A stretch of 64,000 nucleotides of DNA from Negaprion brevirostris (lineage: Eukaryota): positions 51,816,436-51,880,435 of the forward strand of contig JARDVH010000099.1 in assembly GCA_030324005.1 (NCBI GenBank), in the 5' to 3' direction. Of the stretch, positions 62,801-64,000 are shown in pieces. Positions within the stretch are counted from its first letter, which is position 1, and every line of letters starts with the position of its first letter. The notes beneath the pieces are model-generated. The model did not search any database. It had not been told where the DNA came from and saw only the letters and a list, made by a program, of their open reading frames with translations. The position numbers and the translations under genes are program-made.

Positions 62801-64000
62801 TTCTACTTTTACCTCTCACACAGAAAGTGAGCAGAGATAACGTTTATGCCCCTATTTGTCTATAAACTATATAGCTTAGAAAGGAATAGACAGATTTCAA
62901 TGAAACTTGGTTAAAACATAGAGGATGACCCAAGAACTAATTAGTTTTTGATGAATCTGGATCCAGATCCTGAATGTTTTTAAAACAGCTTCTAGGAAAT
63001 CAAGAGAAAGTACAAAGAAAACTAAAAGCAAAGAAAAGAGATAATTCAACAAGAAAATCTCTGCTTCTTTAATGTTTCCTTTTCACCTTTAGCTTTCTTG
63101 TTTACCTACACTGAATAGGTGAGCAAAATGCGCAGTGCAACCCTGTCCTAACAGATTAGAAATCACACTACAGCCATTAAAACCAAAAAGGTCAGATGGA
63201 AGATTGTACATTGCGCTAATGGAATGTCAATTCACAGAATGGAATCCCCACTCCATGTTCTGACCATTGCATGCACTTCCTCAGCCAGCGGGATCAATCC
63301 TTGAGAGTGATATTACTGTGTGAATGCTTATCAAGTTCATCTCTGCCATTTCAGAGGCACTAACCCATTTAAAACAAATGGATTAATGCTCCTATTAAAA
63401 TGGAAGAGAGAAGAATTTGATCTGAATACAATGAAGGTATTATTTTGTGATCTGGTGGTCCCAGAAGAGAGTGCCACCCACCAACAGCACATCAAGGAAA
63501 TTTCCTAATTTTCTATCCACTAAAATTACATTTAAATTTGTATTAAAAAGGATGGACTGAAAATCATAAGATTTCCCAAAGCATCCCTACACAAAGAGCA
63601 ACACATCACAGAATCACTCCTTACATTTTTATGCAATGATAAAGCTCAAAGTAATTTACAAGCTTAAATCTCACTGTTTGTTCTGAAAAATAATATCTGA
63701 ACTTCAGATAAATTAATTTTATAACATTATATCTTGGTTATTAACTCTTGTTCTACTTACATGTAGTTTAAATTACAGCAACTCTATCACTTACAATAGG
63801 TAGGCTACAATCTTAGATTAAAATGACCTGCTGATTCATCATGCAGTTCTTTCACAACTGTTGTGTAACAGTTTACCTTCATATACCCTAGTATTTTTGA
63901 AAAAAACATTCTGGACAGATGAACTATTTGACACCTGAATTACCCTGGGAAATAATTTTTAATTGTTTAGAATTTTGGTAATTTTGGGAAATGGGGATCG

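Overview
Vertebrate genomic DNA from a draft assembly with N-gaps. The HE1-type SINEs, CR1/L2 LINEs and Penelope relics point to an elasmobranch (shark/ray). The only host coding sequence I can support is one 166-bp minus-strand exon (47789-47954) matching USH2A (usherin) exon 3, so the window is essentially two large, repeat-filled USH2A introns. The main surprise is at ~26.3-40.1 kb. After removing the younger SINE/LINE/DNA-transposon insertions and translating through stop codons by hand, this stretch reads as a tightly packed array of about 13 decayed, apparently paralogous ORFs (12 minus, 1 plus). They carry the beta-strand motif series of geminivirus/STNV-like single-jelly-roll capsid proteins. 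Next to the array, separated only by later LINEs, is a decayed DIRS-type tyrosine recombinase (~43.4-44.9 kb, plus strand). I found no Rep, polymerase or RT belonging to this unit. Family assignments come from motif recognition by eye and need profile or structure searches. Repeat boundaries are approximate.
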